The notes beneath the pieces are model-generated. The model searched no databases, was not told where the DNA came from, and worked only from the letters and a program-made list of their open reading frames with translations. From contig OZ199839.1 in NCBI GenBank assembly GCA_964304625.1, forward strand, positions 5,450,898 to 5,514,897: a DNA stretch of 64,000 bases. The letters run 5' to 3'. This document shows, one piece after another, positions 25,397-38,135 of this stretch (position 1 is the first letter of the stretch; each line of letters opens with the position of its first letter). Both the position numbers and the translations under genes were made by a program. This DNA comes from Kudoa neothunni. Taxonomy: Eukaryota > Animalia > Cnidaria.

Positions 25397-27278
25397 TAGG
25401 GAATGCCGTTTTCGATTAAAATCGATTTTCGTCGTCGAATTTTTTAAAAAGTTTAGACGTTTATTTTGCGTAGATGATAGATCTATTCCGAGTTAACTTG
25501 GAAATGGGTAGACATAAGAGAGAAATTTTTAGTTTTCTGACAGAGAGGACGGACATCGAAAATGTTAAAAACGAGTTAATTTGCAAATATTGTAAAGTAA
25601 AACTTCCGTTAAAATAAAATAGAAATGACGAACATACGAAATCGAAAAAACACCTTTCATTGAAAAAACGTTTAAAGAGACGTCCGTCATGCAAATATTT
25701 TCTTTAGGGATAAAATTGGTGTCTTTGGTATTTTTTGATGGAGTTCCGCTGTCTCTGATTGATAAGAAAAGTTATCTACGACGATTTTTATCAAAGTATT
25801 GTTAGCCTTCTAGATCATTCCCAAACAGTCGCGCCTTGGTGGATACGTATTTAACGATGATATTTGAAAATAATGAAGATAATGTGAGGTCATTATTATC
25901 GACTAAGTCTTATCATTGATGAAACGCCTGATTTTACAAACAGGCCATTAATAAACATTTCAGCAAGTTTTTATGATTCTGAAACTCTCGAAAGAAGGAC
26001 ATTTATGCTTAATTCCAAGATATTATCGGAATGTAACTCAGTCATAGTTGCGAATGAAGTTTCAGAAACATTTCGGGCATATGGAATAAATTGGAGAAAC
26101 TGTATGTCAATCATTTCTGATTCTGCCTTATATATGAAGAAATATTTCAAGAATTTGTCGGTTATGTACAACCATATTATTGGAGTACCGTGTTTTTCCC
26201 ATATGAGATACATCTGGCGGTTCCAAATAGATTGACGTTGTGTTTGATAGAGTCAAAAAGTTCTGCATGAAATTTTCTGCATTTTTTTGTAAAAACAGAT
26301 CTGAAAAAAAATCATTTCTTAAAATTCTTGCCAATCATGAAATAGAGTTTCCAAAAAAAGATCCTGCGAGTACTTGACTTAAGATGGTACAGTATGTACA
26401 ATTGTATACAATGCTGCATTGAATATTTTCCGACTTTTTGTTGAATTCAACCCATGAGTCTGTTTCATCATTTATGAGTATTTTTGAGATATTCAATGAA
26501 TCATTAAGCGAGTTAAATATTTATCTTAAATTTATTTCGATATCTTTGTCTTCGTTGTATGATTTTTCCACGTCGATCGAGTTTAAGAGTTCATATGTTT
26601 TTTCACATCTCATTAATTGGATGAAATGTAATTACAATATTTCCCCTACAGATAAATAATTTTAAAAATTCCATGGAAATGTTCCCATTAGACAGAAGAG
26701 AAAAGATTTTCGGAAATATGTCAAAATTTGTTAATTTGTTGGTTGTTGAGATGTCTACAATAATTAATAAACGAATTGAAGGTTGCTTTCTGTCCGATCA
26801 CTTTTTCGAAACTGTTCGAAATCTTGATTTTTCACAGTATTATAATTTTAATAATGTGAAATTATCTGATATTTCATAATTCGTTTGCAGCATAGCGGAA
26901 AAAGAAAATCTTCAGCGTGAATTTTTAACATTTCCGCGCTCTGAAACAGGTAATGTATCCAATTCTTGGAATTCCTGGGAAACATATGATAAATCGCATC
27001 CAACTATTTCAAAAATAAGTAAAGATTTGAATGCAATTCCATTATCATCTTTATCAGTCGAACGTAGTTTTTCCAAAATGAAACAAAACATGTATTCATG
27101 AAAGATAGGACGCGTTTGTCAAATGAATGATTTAGAATACTTTCAAAATTATATTATAATGGTAGACTATACAATTATATTATTTTTCCACGTATTGATT
27201 TATTTCGCGCAGAATATTTTGTAGGAGCATGCGCACTACATGGAATTAGGAAATAAACATCGAAAACAGCATTCCCTA
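25397..27278 (+). mobile_element. hAT-family DNA transposon, full-length with decayed transposase
   Basis: TIRs tagggaatgccgttttcga / tcgaaaacagcattcccta, with a perfect 8-bp TSD gttataca at 25389-25396 and 27279-27286. Motifs include a BED-like CKYC, IIDETPD, ISDSALYMKK, CFSH and the dimerisation-type IPLSSLSVERSFS. Confidence 0.92.
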
Positions 27279-27284
27279 GTTATA

Positions 27285-29297
27285 CAGTAGGTAACCGGTT
27301 TCATGTACGTTCGATTTCACGCAATTTTTAAAAGCTACTTATTTTTACTATGAGTCGAAATATTGATTCAATAATAATTTTGTATAAACAATTTTATCAA
27401 TTTTTATTGAAAAATAAAGTTGTAAAGTAATAAAATAACGTTCACAAGTGTCACGTGATTGACGGTTTCACGCCTTTTTTTGGAACTGAGTTTGTTGTTT
27501 TTTATTTTAACGTCCAGAAAAGCACGGAGAATTCTAATTTTAACACAAACATTTAATACAATTATATATTATGATAATTTACTTCCCAAAGATGCAGAAG
27601 CCGCTACCACCAAACATTTTAAAATATTCTCAATGACGACTCCCAAAGGAATTTTAAAAATGAGAGAAAAAATTGTGAAAATTTATGAAGGAGGTCTACT
27701 TCCTAAAAACAGAAAATATTTGAATAATGGGTCAAATAATGATATCGGTCACACGAGAAGAAAAAAGATCGAATTAAGCGCCACGAATATCATAGATAAA
27801 AGAAATGAGTTTACTAATCGTAAAAATTTGCCATCAACTGCAACGCGTGGATAGTTTCGTTGCTTTAAAAAAGATATAATATTAAAAAAATTAATTATCA
27901 CGTCGAATCTGGCGACGTTGATCCCAAAACTACAGCAGAATGGATATGTAAAATTGGAGCGCTTTGTGATGGATATTCAAAGGATTGCATTTACAACAAT
28001 GATGAGACGGGTTTGCTATATCAGTAACAGCGTGGTAAATACTTCTCAATTTATTTTGTAATTGTTTTTAAGGTAACAGGTGTGTTCATTCATCCGAGAA
28101 CAATATCAGAGGAACTGAAAAATCAAAAAAAAGCTTTTGACTGTTTTATTGAGAGCTTCGTTAAGTGGAGTAAAGCTAGATCCATTGCTAATCGGACCGA
28201 ATAAAAAACCACATTGCTCTAAGAATATTAAGAAGTTGCCGCTTTTATTCGAACCAAACAAAAAGACTTGGACGACTCGAGATATATTCTTGAGATACAT
28301 TTCGAAAATTAATGATGACTTTATTAAACTAGAGAAAAAGGTTATACTATTTTTATACAACGCGATCTCTCATTTTCAAAAAGATTTTTCTAACGTAAAA
28401 TTTATATTTTACACCCAAAACATCATTAGCGTTTTGTAGTCGTCAGATTAGGGCGTCATCCATTCCTTTAAATCATGCTACAGAAAGTCGATGATAGAAC
28501 GATTAATTTATTGTGCTGAAATGGGAATAGAGCTAACTCCTTCAAACGTTTTAGAAGCAATAGGATTAATCAAAACTGCTTGGGAAAGCGTTTCTAAAAA
28601 TACAATCACAAATTGTTTCATAAAAGCAGGATTTTCCTCGTTAAGATCTGCCTCAACTCAGGATAATTTATTAGTCGAAAATGGTGGAAGAGTTGCTGAT
28701 GATCTGGTTGCGAATGAAATAGCCGAAATTATAAAAGAAGAGGAATCATACCTAGCTCTTAATCATAATGATTTTGAATTTTCCAACAAAAATGATCAAA
28801 CACTAAACACGAGTGAGATATTTGATAATTTTATTTTAATTATATTTTTTAAGATTGTAACGCTGATGATGCAGAACAATTTGACACGGATGGGACACAC
28901 GATGTGGAAGAACTCCCCAGCAACAAAATTATTACCTGCAAAAAGGCTTTAGAATATTTGAAAGAATTAAAATCATTTTTTAGAGCGCATGATAATAATC
29001 AAAATGTTCTTTTGAATGCAACAGAAGAGTCGATATTTAAGATTCTCTCAAACAATATGAAAAAAACTAAAATTACCAAATAATTTTCTCGAACATAATT
29101 TATTTGATTTTTCATTTAAGCATATATTTATATTCCATTATTGAATAATAAAAATTTTTATGAATGAATAGGTAGCAATAAAAAATAAATCCCCCTTAAA
29201 TTTGCATGCGCATTAAAGGTATGTAGAACCGGACGTTACCAATTTCACACACTTTTTCCCTGGTCCCTGAAAAATGCGTGAAACCGGTTACCTACTG
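27285..29297 (+). mobile_element. pogo/Tigger element, full-length, with decayed intron-containing transposase
   Basis: TA|cagtaggtaaccggtttca ... tgaaaccggttacctactg|TA. Motifs NNDETGLLY and AWESVSKNTITNCFIKAGF. Putative introns at 28035-28072 and 28813-28853. Confidence 0.93.
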
Positions 29298-31369
29298 TAT
29301 ATATATATATAAGTCAACTGTCGGTTTATGTGTGATCTTAAGTGCACATGTGTAAGAAAGATTTTTCTTGTTATGGCATATGTTAGAGGTTTTTAAGATT
29401 TAATGTAAATAAGAATTTATCAATTTTTTTGGAGTATCTAATATATATTACTTGGGCCTTATAAAGGAAGATATTGATCAAAATTGGCTGGAATTATTAG
29501 GTAATTCCTTAATTTCTAATCATTATCATTAATATTATCCAATAAATAGCTGTTGGGCTCTTGCATTCGTATATGATTGATTATAATAATTCAGTTCGCT
29601 ACATTGTGATTGTAATAGAATTTCATTTGGACGTTTAAATAAAGATTTAAACAACGTTAAGAAATAAAGCATAACTTCTCATTAATTACCAATGACATTA
29701 AATTAATTACTGATTATTAACTCTCCTTTTAAGCTTAATCAGCCCTTATTATAACAATATTAAAGGTTTGAAAATAATTATCGATTTAGAAATTTACAAT
29801 TATAAAGGTCGATATTCAGAAAGATTTAAAAAATTATCAGTGACAATGTAGGAGAGAATAAAAATGCTTCTCCTTATTAGAAATGATTAGATTATAAGCT
29901 TCCTCCGAGATTTATTGCCACTACACACACATATTACTAGGAAACATCAGATTTTCACATTAATAATTTATTAAGTTGATTTTAGGTTGTTTATCGTTAG
30001 TAGAAATAAGCATTAAATACCAAGGTTTGAAGAATATGCAAGTTTCATCAGGATATTTTGATAAAATGAATCATTTCCTCTTATTAAAATTTGTTCAGTT
30101 CTTTACATATTTAAAAATTCAATTTTAATTTTTTCAAGCTGAAATCCTCTTAAGGTGATTCTATTATTCATTCCTATGAAGTTGCCCATAAAAATAAAAA
30201 TAATTCTTTAAAAGAAACCCTTCAAGTTAAAATTTAAATAAAAATTGTTTATAAATTCTTCACTCATTAGTTTACCTAATTTGTAATTTTGTATTAAATA
30301 CTACGAATAGCAATTAATTTGTATTTAAAAGTCATTATTTAAAAAATTATATTAAACTTTAACCTTTTCTCACAATTCTTGAGCTACATTAAATTTTTGA
30401 ATCCATAATTTTAGGAATAACTTTAAAATAACTAAAAATTCAATTAACTACACGTGTAAATCAAAATGAATATAAAATTCTACTATGGATAATTATGTAC
30501 ACTAATAAATATATCGCAATTAATTGATTGAAAAGAAGAAAGTTGATTGCAAACGTAAAAATTAATTTTTGATTCTCCCTGATTAACAAAAACCATACAA
30601 AAATAAAAATAAAATAGCTATATTGTAAGAAACGCAATTGACTGATAATCATGATTCACGAAAGAAACGACAAATCGGCTATATATACGACATGCGAATA
30701 TTTTACAGCAAAATAAAACTCCGAACAAATTTCTAGATGATTCAGCATTCAGTTTCAATGCTTTTTTCGCAATTCTATTACACCACCAGCACACTGAGGG
30801 GTTGTACATTACCGATTATTCTCGTTTAACCCATGGATGAATATTGAGGTTAATTTGGAAAAAACTTCTTTTTCAATCGAGAAATCGCCTTTTAACTATA
30901 ATTTTCAATTTAATAATTGGGAAGAACAAAATGCAATATTGAAAAATAGTGAAGACTTAATAAAATGAATTACGTTTGTATATATACACTAAAGTGAACG
31001 ATAATAATTAAGTATTTTTAAGCTAATTGCATTATTAGCTTTCACAGCGTATTATAGTATTATTGAATATTACTTTATAAGTTAAATTGAATTTTTAATA
31101 CAAAATTTAAAACCCCCGAATAATTATGTCAATTGAGAAACTTTTATGTATTAACTATCACAATTTTGAATAAAGTATAATTTCTTCGAAATTTAGATTA
31201 CGTTATATTTTCCATAAAATAAATATCATACAAACAATGAATGTTTACCCCCAAAGTAGCCCGTAACTTAAATAAATATATTGAGCTTAAACTATTTTAT
31301 GTGCGTAAGTTTGATTTCAAATCGCAATTGGGATATTCTAAATTCTTTATTTAATTAGACCAATTGCAT

Positions 31370-32410
31370 TTTTTTTGGATTTTAAGACGAAATTCTGGTC
31401 TTATTGCGAATATTTTTTGAACAGTGAGTACATCTTGACTGTATCAGGTTCAAAATTGTTTCCCAGAAATAAATGTTTTGTCGCCCTTGATGTATTTGTT
31501 AAATAATACGAATCTAATTTTAATATGAGAATAATGGGTTTTCCCTAAACTTCGACGAGTCAAAACATTCGGTTGGATGAGTGACGCTACAAGTTCGCGA
31601 AGAAAGCATTGCCACCGATTTCGATTACTTGATCGCAGGTCTGAGAATTTAGATATCCATATTATATAAACGTTAAATGCTGTAACATCGATAAGATCCA
31701 TAAACATGATGATGAGCCATCGTCTAGTTATAAAAGCACAGCTGTACTTTTGCGCCATTTGATCGCCACCATCAAACCCCCTTTTGGTTTAATTATAATT
31801 GACAATGATTTCAGAGTTATTTTTTATGATTGTTCAATCGCATTATCATGCAAATCCGATTATAACAGAAAAATAGTTCGCTTTTGCTTTTGAACATATG
31901 AAACTAGCGTTACGTTCTCACAGAGTATAAATTTTGGAGATTGCTCATCACGATTAGTCATACCCTGTAGAATTCCAGGTATGCAGCTATTATTTCTTGT
32001 AAAAATTGTCAATAACATAATATTCCCCTGCAACAAGAATTAATGCCATTAGATGGGGGCGAAATAATTATCAGTTTCCAATCCTCGCCTAGAACCATAA
32101 GATGGTGTAATATCTTCTGAAATCCTCATAGAATCAGTCTTATTATTAGCATGATTGTGAAGATTCGTCCTTCTTATTCTTGATTTTCGAACACATTCTC
32201 ATTGGAAACCCGATTTAGTAGTTGATATCTTCTCTAATATCTCATCACATTCGACTTTTGACTCGTTTGAAATTTCTAGATATTCGAAGAAATCATTATT
32301 AGAGCATTTCTCACGTTAGTTACCCTCAAAATCTAGGTTACTCTCAACATATCCTCCATTTTTATTTAAATTTTCAATAACATCAATCGAATTATTATTT
32401 GATTTCATAT
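31370..32410 (-). pseudogene. Degenerate piggyBac transposase
   Basis: GFDGGDQMAQKYSCAFITRRWLIIMFMDLIDVTAFNVYII and GLETDNYFAP; internally deleted. Confidence 0.85.
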
Positions 32411-35400
32411 CCATTTGTAAAAATTTCAAAAATTAAAGACTGAACAATTTTCGTACAAAAATATACGAACCCGCAAAACCCAAATAACAAAGCTCCCAAT
32501 AGTGTGTATCTTAAACTAATCCCGAAGTAATCTCATCGTCCATCGAACTCTGTCGGCGAAAATTAAAAATATGATTTATCGAAATTCATAGACATTTCAT
32601 TTTAATTTATTGAATCTTCTTAATGTGAACATTAATTTTACATCGTATATTAATAAATGCGTATCGTTATTAATGATATTTCAAGCTGAAGATAGTCTGC
32701 TTCGTTTCAAAAGAGTTAAGTCAATTTCTTTCGAACTAAATATTTAAAATTTTTTAAATAAAACAATGAATTATATTGAGATATTTCACTGAATATAAAG
32801 CAGAGATTTAATACTTAAAAAGGGGAATTCTTAAAAATACAAAAATTGGGATGTATAACGCACCCCCTTCGTCCCTTTAGGGTTAGACGAAATCCAAATA
32901 ATGGTTCGACAGTCTGACTCAGTACATAAAATCGTAAATATGGAACCTACAAAGTCTAGATTTTAGGGAAAAAGTATTTAAATTTAACATTTATATTACT
33001 GAACAGGATAATGATTCAATATTCGACTTCCTAAACTATTAGGTATTATTTAATGTTGGATTTCTATTTATAACCAGCGCGAAAGAGAAGACGACTCAAA
33101 AAAAGTTTTAGTTTAATTCTTTTATCCGTATATTTATGAGTAATAATTGGTACAACATCGCAACTTCAAGAAATATTGATCTATGCGTATAATCCAACTT
33201 TCGGGCGAAGTAGAGCATTTTGTAGTAATTTATATTTTATGTATTTAAATTGGTGATAAAAAATGACAAAGTTGTAAAGTAGAAGGCGGACCGAGATATA
33301 TTTAAATCCTTTAGATATAATGAATTTTTCATAATATAATTGAAAACTGAATTAGTAAATTTATATTTTGAAATAAAAAAAGAATACATTTTTATTTATC
33401 GAGAAAAAGAAATATAACGAACGTAAATGTTCGACATTTTTTATGAGGGAATTACTGGTTTTATAGAATTTTTTACTTCAAAGTTTACCCAATATTATTG
33501 ATGCTGAATTTAAACGTTTATATATTTAAATTATGGTTCGAAATCGTAAAGAACAGTAATTAAACGTTTCCGTTAGCTACAATAAAACTAATATCGTACA
33601 ATCAGTAAAAATAAGTAAGGAGTTGGTTTGGGGAAAAATTTTAATCTTTATTTTTTTAAATATTTTTATATTTAAGAAAAGGGAATAATAATTAATTAAC
33701 ATAGATTACATTGCTGTTAAGCTTATTTATATGCTGAAGAGATCGACATTAAAAATTGATGAAATTATATAAGTACCGTCAAAAAATTATTTTATCATTG
33801 ACACCCCGTTCGGGCCGGTCGTTGCCGACCTCTGTTGTAAATAAATTATGATTTTATCAAATTAATTAAAGGGTTAATTGAAAGATGTAAATTATCCTTA
33901 ATGGTTTCAAGATTTGTTTATATATTGATTAAATCCACTCATAGGTAAAGGGGCGATTTTCGGAATATTTAAAATTTTTATTTTAACTATCACTGTCGAC
34001 AATACAACGATATTATGAGAAAATTGAGTTTAATCCATTCTTTGAAGAGTTAGAATAAATAATACAAATATTTTGTATTTTTATCAATTCTTTATGTGTG
34101 AAAAACCTACTTCTCGGCGAATCAAAATATTCGAGAATAATAAATCTTTTATTTGTACTTGGCATACCTTCAAATGGATCATATTATAATCAAATCATGA
34201 ATTAATTTGATTCAATAAATGATTATATGTAGTGAATAACATAACTTTTAGGTAATTAAATTTATTTTTAAATTTAAACAAGGATATACCACTGTGAAAC
34301 CGTCGTTTTACAGCACTGTTAAAAATATTATATATCATTAATCTATTTTGATTTATGTTCATAATGTATAAATAAAAATGACATTTTGTGAAAATTCACA
34401 AAATGCGCGACCACTTATTCATCATGTTTTGGAATAAAATTGAAATTATAAACATTTTTGAAAATTGTATGGATTATTTATTGATATAACTAATTTAAAA
34501 CTGATAAACTACATTTATGATTTTGTGAATTTGATGAAATTATTGTTTAAGCAGAAAAATGAAATATAACTGCGGCTATAAAAAAACATTTATCCCACCT
34601 TTCAAAATATATTATTGAAATCAATATTATGCCAATTTTTAATAAAATTAACTCACGATAATATTCATTGATGTACGAATATAACACATCTTAGGCTATA
34701 GGTATTTTTAGAATAATTATTCATTAATGGTATATAAACTCGGTCAATTCTCATTAAGCATTATTTTGTAATTAAATAAAAAATTAATGGAAGATTTTTT
34801 TATACAGATGTTACATGCTTTTCATTAAATAGAGATAAGGTAAATTTTAAAATATTAAAAAAATGTAATGGTAGATTATATTTAAAAAATAAAAGCTATT
34901 CGGAACACCAGTTAAGGCTTCATCATTACAGGAAATTCTCAAAATAGAAACACATCTTAATCAATCATTAAATAAAAAATATTATTTAATTTGTTATAAT
35001 TTTATTAACTTTATAATTTTTAGGATGAAATTTATAGGATAATATAATAACAGATTCGAATAGTTATATTAAATAGCAATACTGGAATTTTCTTATCACA
35101 ATATTTCGTTCATATCATATTCAATTTATTATACTGAGGTATATTACGTTAATTTTATTTATACATAGAATGAATTTTAAATTATAATTTTTTTCTATAA
35201 GGTGGTATAACCTCATGTTCAATTTTGAATCTATTTGGTTTCATTTATTATTGTAAACTACTCAATATTACAATAACACACAATTCAAAAAGTCCAAATA
35301 ATTTTGTTAAATATACTTAGCAAAATTATTTTCCTTAATCATTAAAAACAAATACATAGTAATTTATTGTTGTGAAAATAAAATTAATAACGCTTTTGAA

Positions 35401-35670
35401 TTATTTTATATTTAAAATCTATATTTTAACAATAAATCTACTCATATTTTAATTATTATAAATAACTATCATTATATAGAGAGATAATTTTTAAAATGTC
35501 TTCAAGAATGAAGAAAAATAATTTCGAGACTTTTTATTTACTAGTTAAATACATATTATCTTAAAATTAATACACATAAATAAATATCTAAAATTTTGAA
35601 AATATCAAAAAATAAGCAATAAAGCTAGAATATCCACCTGTTTAAATATAATCGATAATTTTACAGTATA

Positions 35671-36633
35671 CAGTAAGTAACCAATTTCACGCATTTTTTA
35701 AAAACCAATTGAATTAGAATATTGATTGGTCATTGTTTATATAATACATTTATTATAATATTTTAATCAAGATTTGTATAGAAATTATTTTAAAACGTTA
35801 CCAAATAATGCAGCTAAAAGTCACATTATTGCCAATTTTCACGCACTTTTTCGGGTACTTCTTGTTTATTATTTAGTTGAGTCAATATTTAATACCAAAA
35901 AACTCCCAAACTATATCTATTGTCGAACAGTACAATATTAATAATTATTATGAAAGTCTTCAATCTAATGATCCAAAAACTGCCACTGTATCACATTTTA
36001 AAATATCTATTATCTCTACTCCTAATGGCATCCTAGAGATGAAAAAAAATAATCAAAACCTATAAATGTTTTTAGAATCTAATAATAGAAATTATTTGCA
36101 TGCAGGGCAATTTAATTCTGTTGATGAAGATGTGTATGAGTGGATTAGGTGGACACGAAGCAAAAAGATTATAGTAAACGTCGTCACGATAATCATCAAG
36201 AGAAATCAATTAATCAAAGAAAAATGTTTACTTTCGTGTGCAATTCGTTGAGGATTCGGTTGTTTTAAAAAAAGGTCTAACATTAAAAAATCAAATTTTA
36301 TTAGCTAATCTGCTGATGCTACACCTGAAACTACTTCAGAGTAGACCAATCAAATCAGAACTTATTTTAAAAGATTCTCTGAAAATTTTATTCAGAATGT
36401 AGACGAAACGGCCTTATTCTACTGATAGCAACAAGAATATTTCATAGATTGTTGAAAAATATTTTTGTGCTGTTAACACGTTTCTCGAGTTTTAATTATC
36501 GTTTAAAAATTATATATAGTTAACTAGTCTTTATAAACGCAATTTAATTATTAATGTATGCCAATTTTTCTGAAATAATTACGCACTTTTTTTCTTGGTC
36601 CCGAGGGGATTACGTGAAATTGGTTTCTTTCTG
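35671..36633 (+). mobile_element. Internally deleted pogo/Tigger element related to 27285-29297
   Basis: TA|cagtaagtaaccaatttcacg ... cgtgaaattggtttctttctg|TA. Contains HFKISIISTPNGILEMK, VYEWIRWTRSKKI and NVDETALFY. Confidence 0.88.
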
Positions 36634-37559
36634 TATTTTAAATAACAATCAATTTCGGAACGAAACAAATATTATAAAAACTTGTAGAAAAAAATAATTA
36701 AATGTTTTAATACTTTGTTTTAAACGAAAAAGTTATAATAATGTATTTTATAATTATAACCGTATTAAGCGTTATTCATATTTAACGTTGTTATCTGATC
36801 GAAATAATTAGTAAAAATTTTTCAGAATAGATGATTTCAAACAATTATAACAATCAAATATTTTAATTCACCATCAAATTTCCACTGAACTATTATGTGA
36901 GTACTTTATTTTTTTATATATATTGTGTTTCTTACATAACTATATCTAATCATCAGTAAGTTGTAAATATATTCCATATTTAGGCCAATCTATAATTTTA
37001 ATTAGAAAGAATTTTCCTCATATGTAACTAAAATCTCGTATTAATTCACTAAAAACAAAATTTTGAGACTTTCCGCAATAAATAATTCTTGTTAATATAC
37101 TTTCAGGTTGTTTAATTCGGGTTTAATATTTAGAAATTACTATTTTTATTAATGCATGCCTAACTATTATTTAAATTAAATATTATTTAAAAAGGTATAA
37201 AATTCAATTAAAGTTAATAATTAACTTAAACCTAAGTAAAGAGAAATATTTTAATAAATTCTGTTGGAAATAAAACATCCTCTCATGTTTAATAAATATA
37301 AAATTGATATTTAATTGGGATGTTTTTTTAAATGTATATCTTTTATTTAATATTTGAATATTATTTATGAAGATCTATTAATATTAACATTTACTATGTA
37401 AGAGTATCATCAGAATGTTTAAAAAAATGGATTTAAATGAGTAAACAGATAATACAAAAACGTAGTTTTTTTTGCAACAAAAAAATTCATCTAAAGAGTA
37501 ATTTCAAATGTGTAATATTTATTGTTATTAATGTTATAATACAGAGTATTCGTTATAAC

Positions 37560-38135
37560 TAGGGGTTGTAATTTTCGATTAAAATCGATAAACGTCTAAT
37601 TTTTAAAAATATTTTTACATTTTTGGGTAAATATCAAAATAATTCGTCGATTACTTTACGTTTTATTATGGGCAGAAAAAGAAGTCATATAGACACTTAT
37701 ATAGCCGAAAAAACCGATTTAACAGAGGAAATTGACTTCCCGAATTATACTAAAATTTGTTCACCTCGATCAACTAGAAACTTCACCACAAGAGTCGTTG
37801 AAACTTTCACGCCAGAGATATGATAAAATGATAGCTCCTGGATTTAGAGAAAACAAAAAATCGAAATATTCCATATTGTCTACGGTAGGCTAAGATTAAT
37901 GCGCACACCGCTATCACCTACAACCGTGCAAATAATTTTCTCAAAATTGAGGCATTTGCGTCAAAGTTATGAAGTAAATATAGCGACTGAACAAATGAGA
38001 ATATATTAAATATTATAATTTAAAGAAAAATTGCATAAAAATTATAGTTATTTCTTTAAAATTGAGCTCGATAATAATGTTTTATGTTTCGCGTGCTCTA
38101 GTTTTAAATATAAGCGTCGAAAATTACGGCCTCTA
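37560..38135 (+). mobile_element. Short non-autonomous hAT element (576 bp)
   Basis: TIRs taggggttgtaattttcga / tcgaaaattacggcctcta and an 8-bp TSD gttataac/attataac. It shares ttttcgattaaaatcgat and an MGRKR start with the hAT at 25397. Confidence 0.85.

Noticed and set aside
29490-29570. Papain-like SCWA motif after splicing
   Set aside because: There is no upstream QGxCG, an in-frame stop lies nearby, and no other protease motifs are present.
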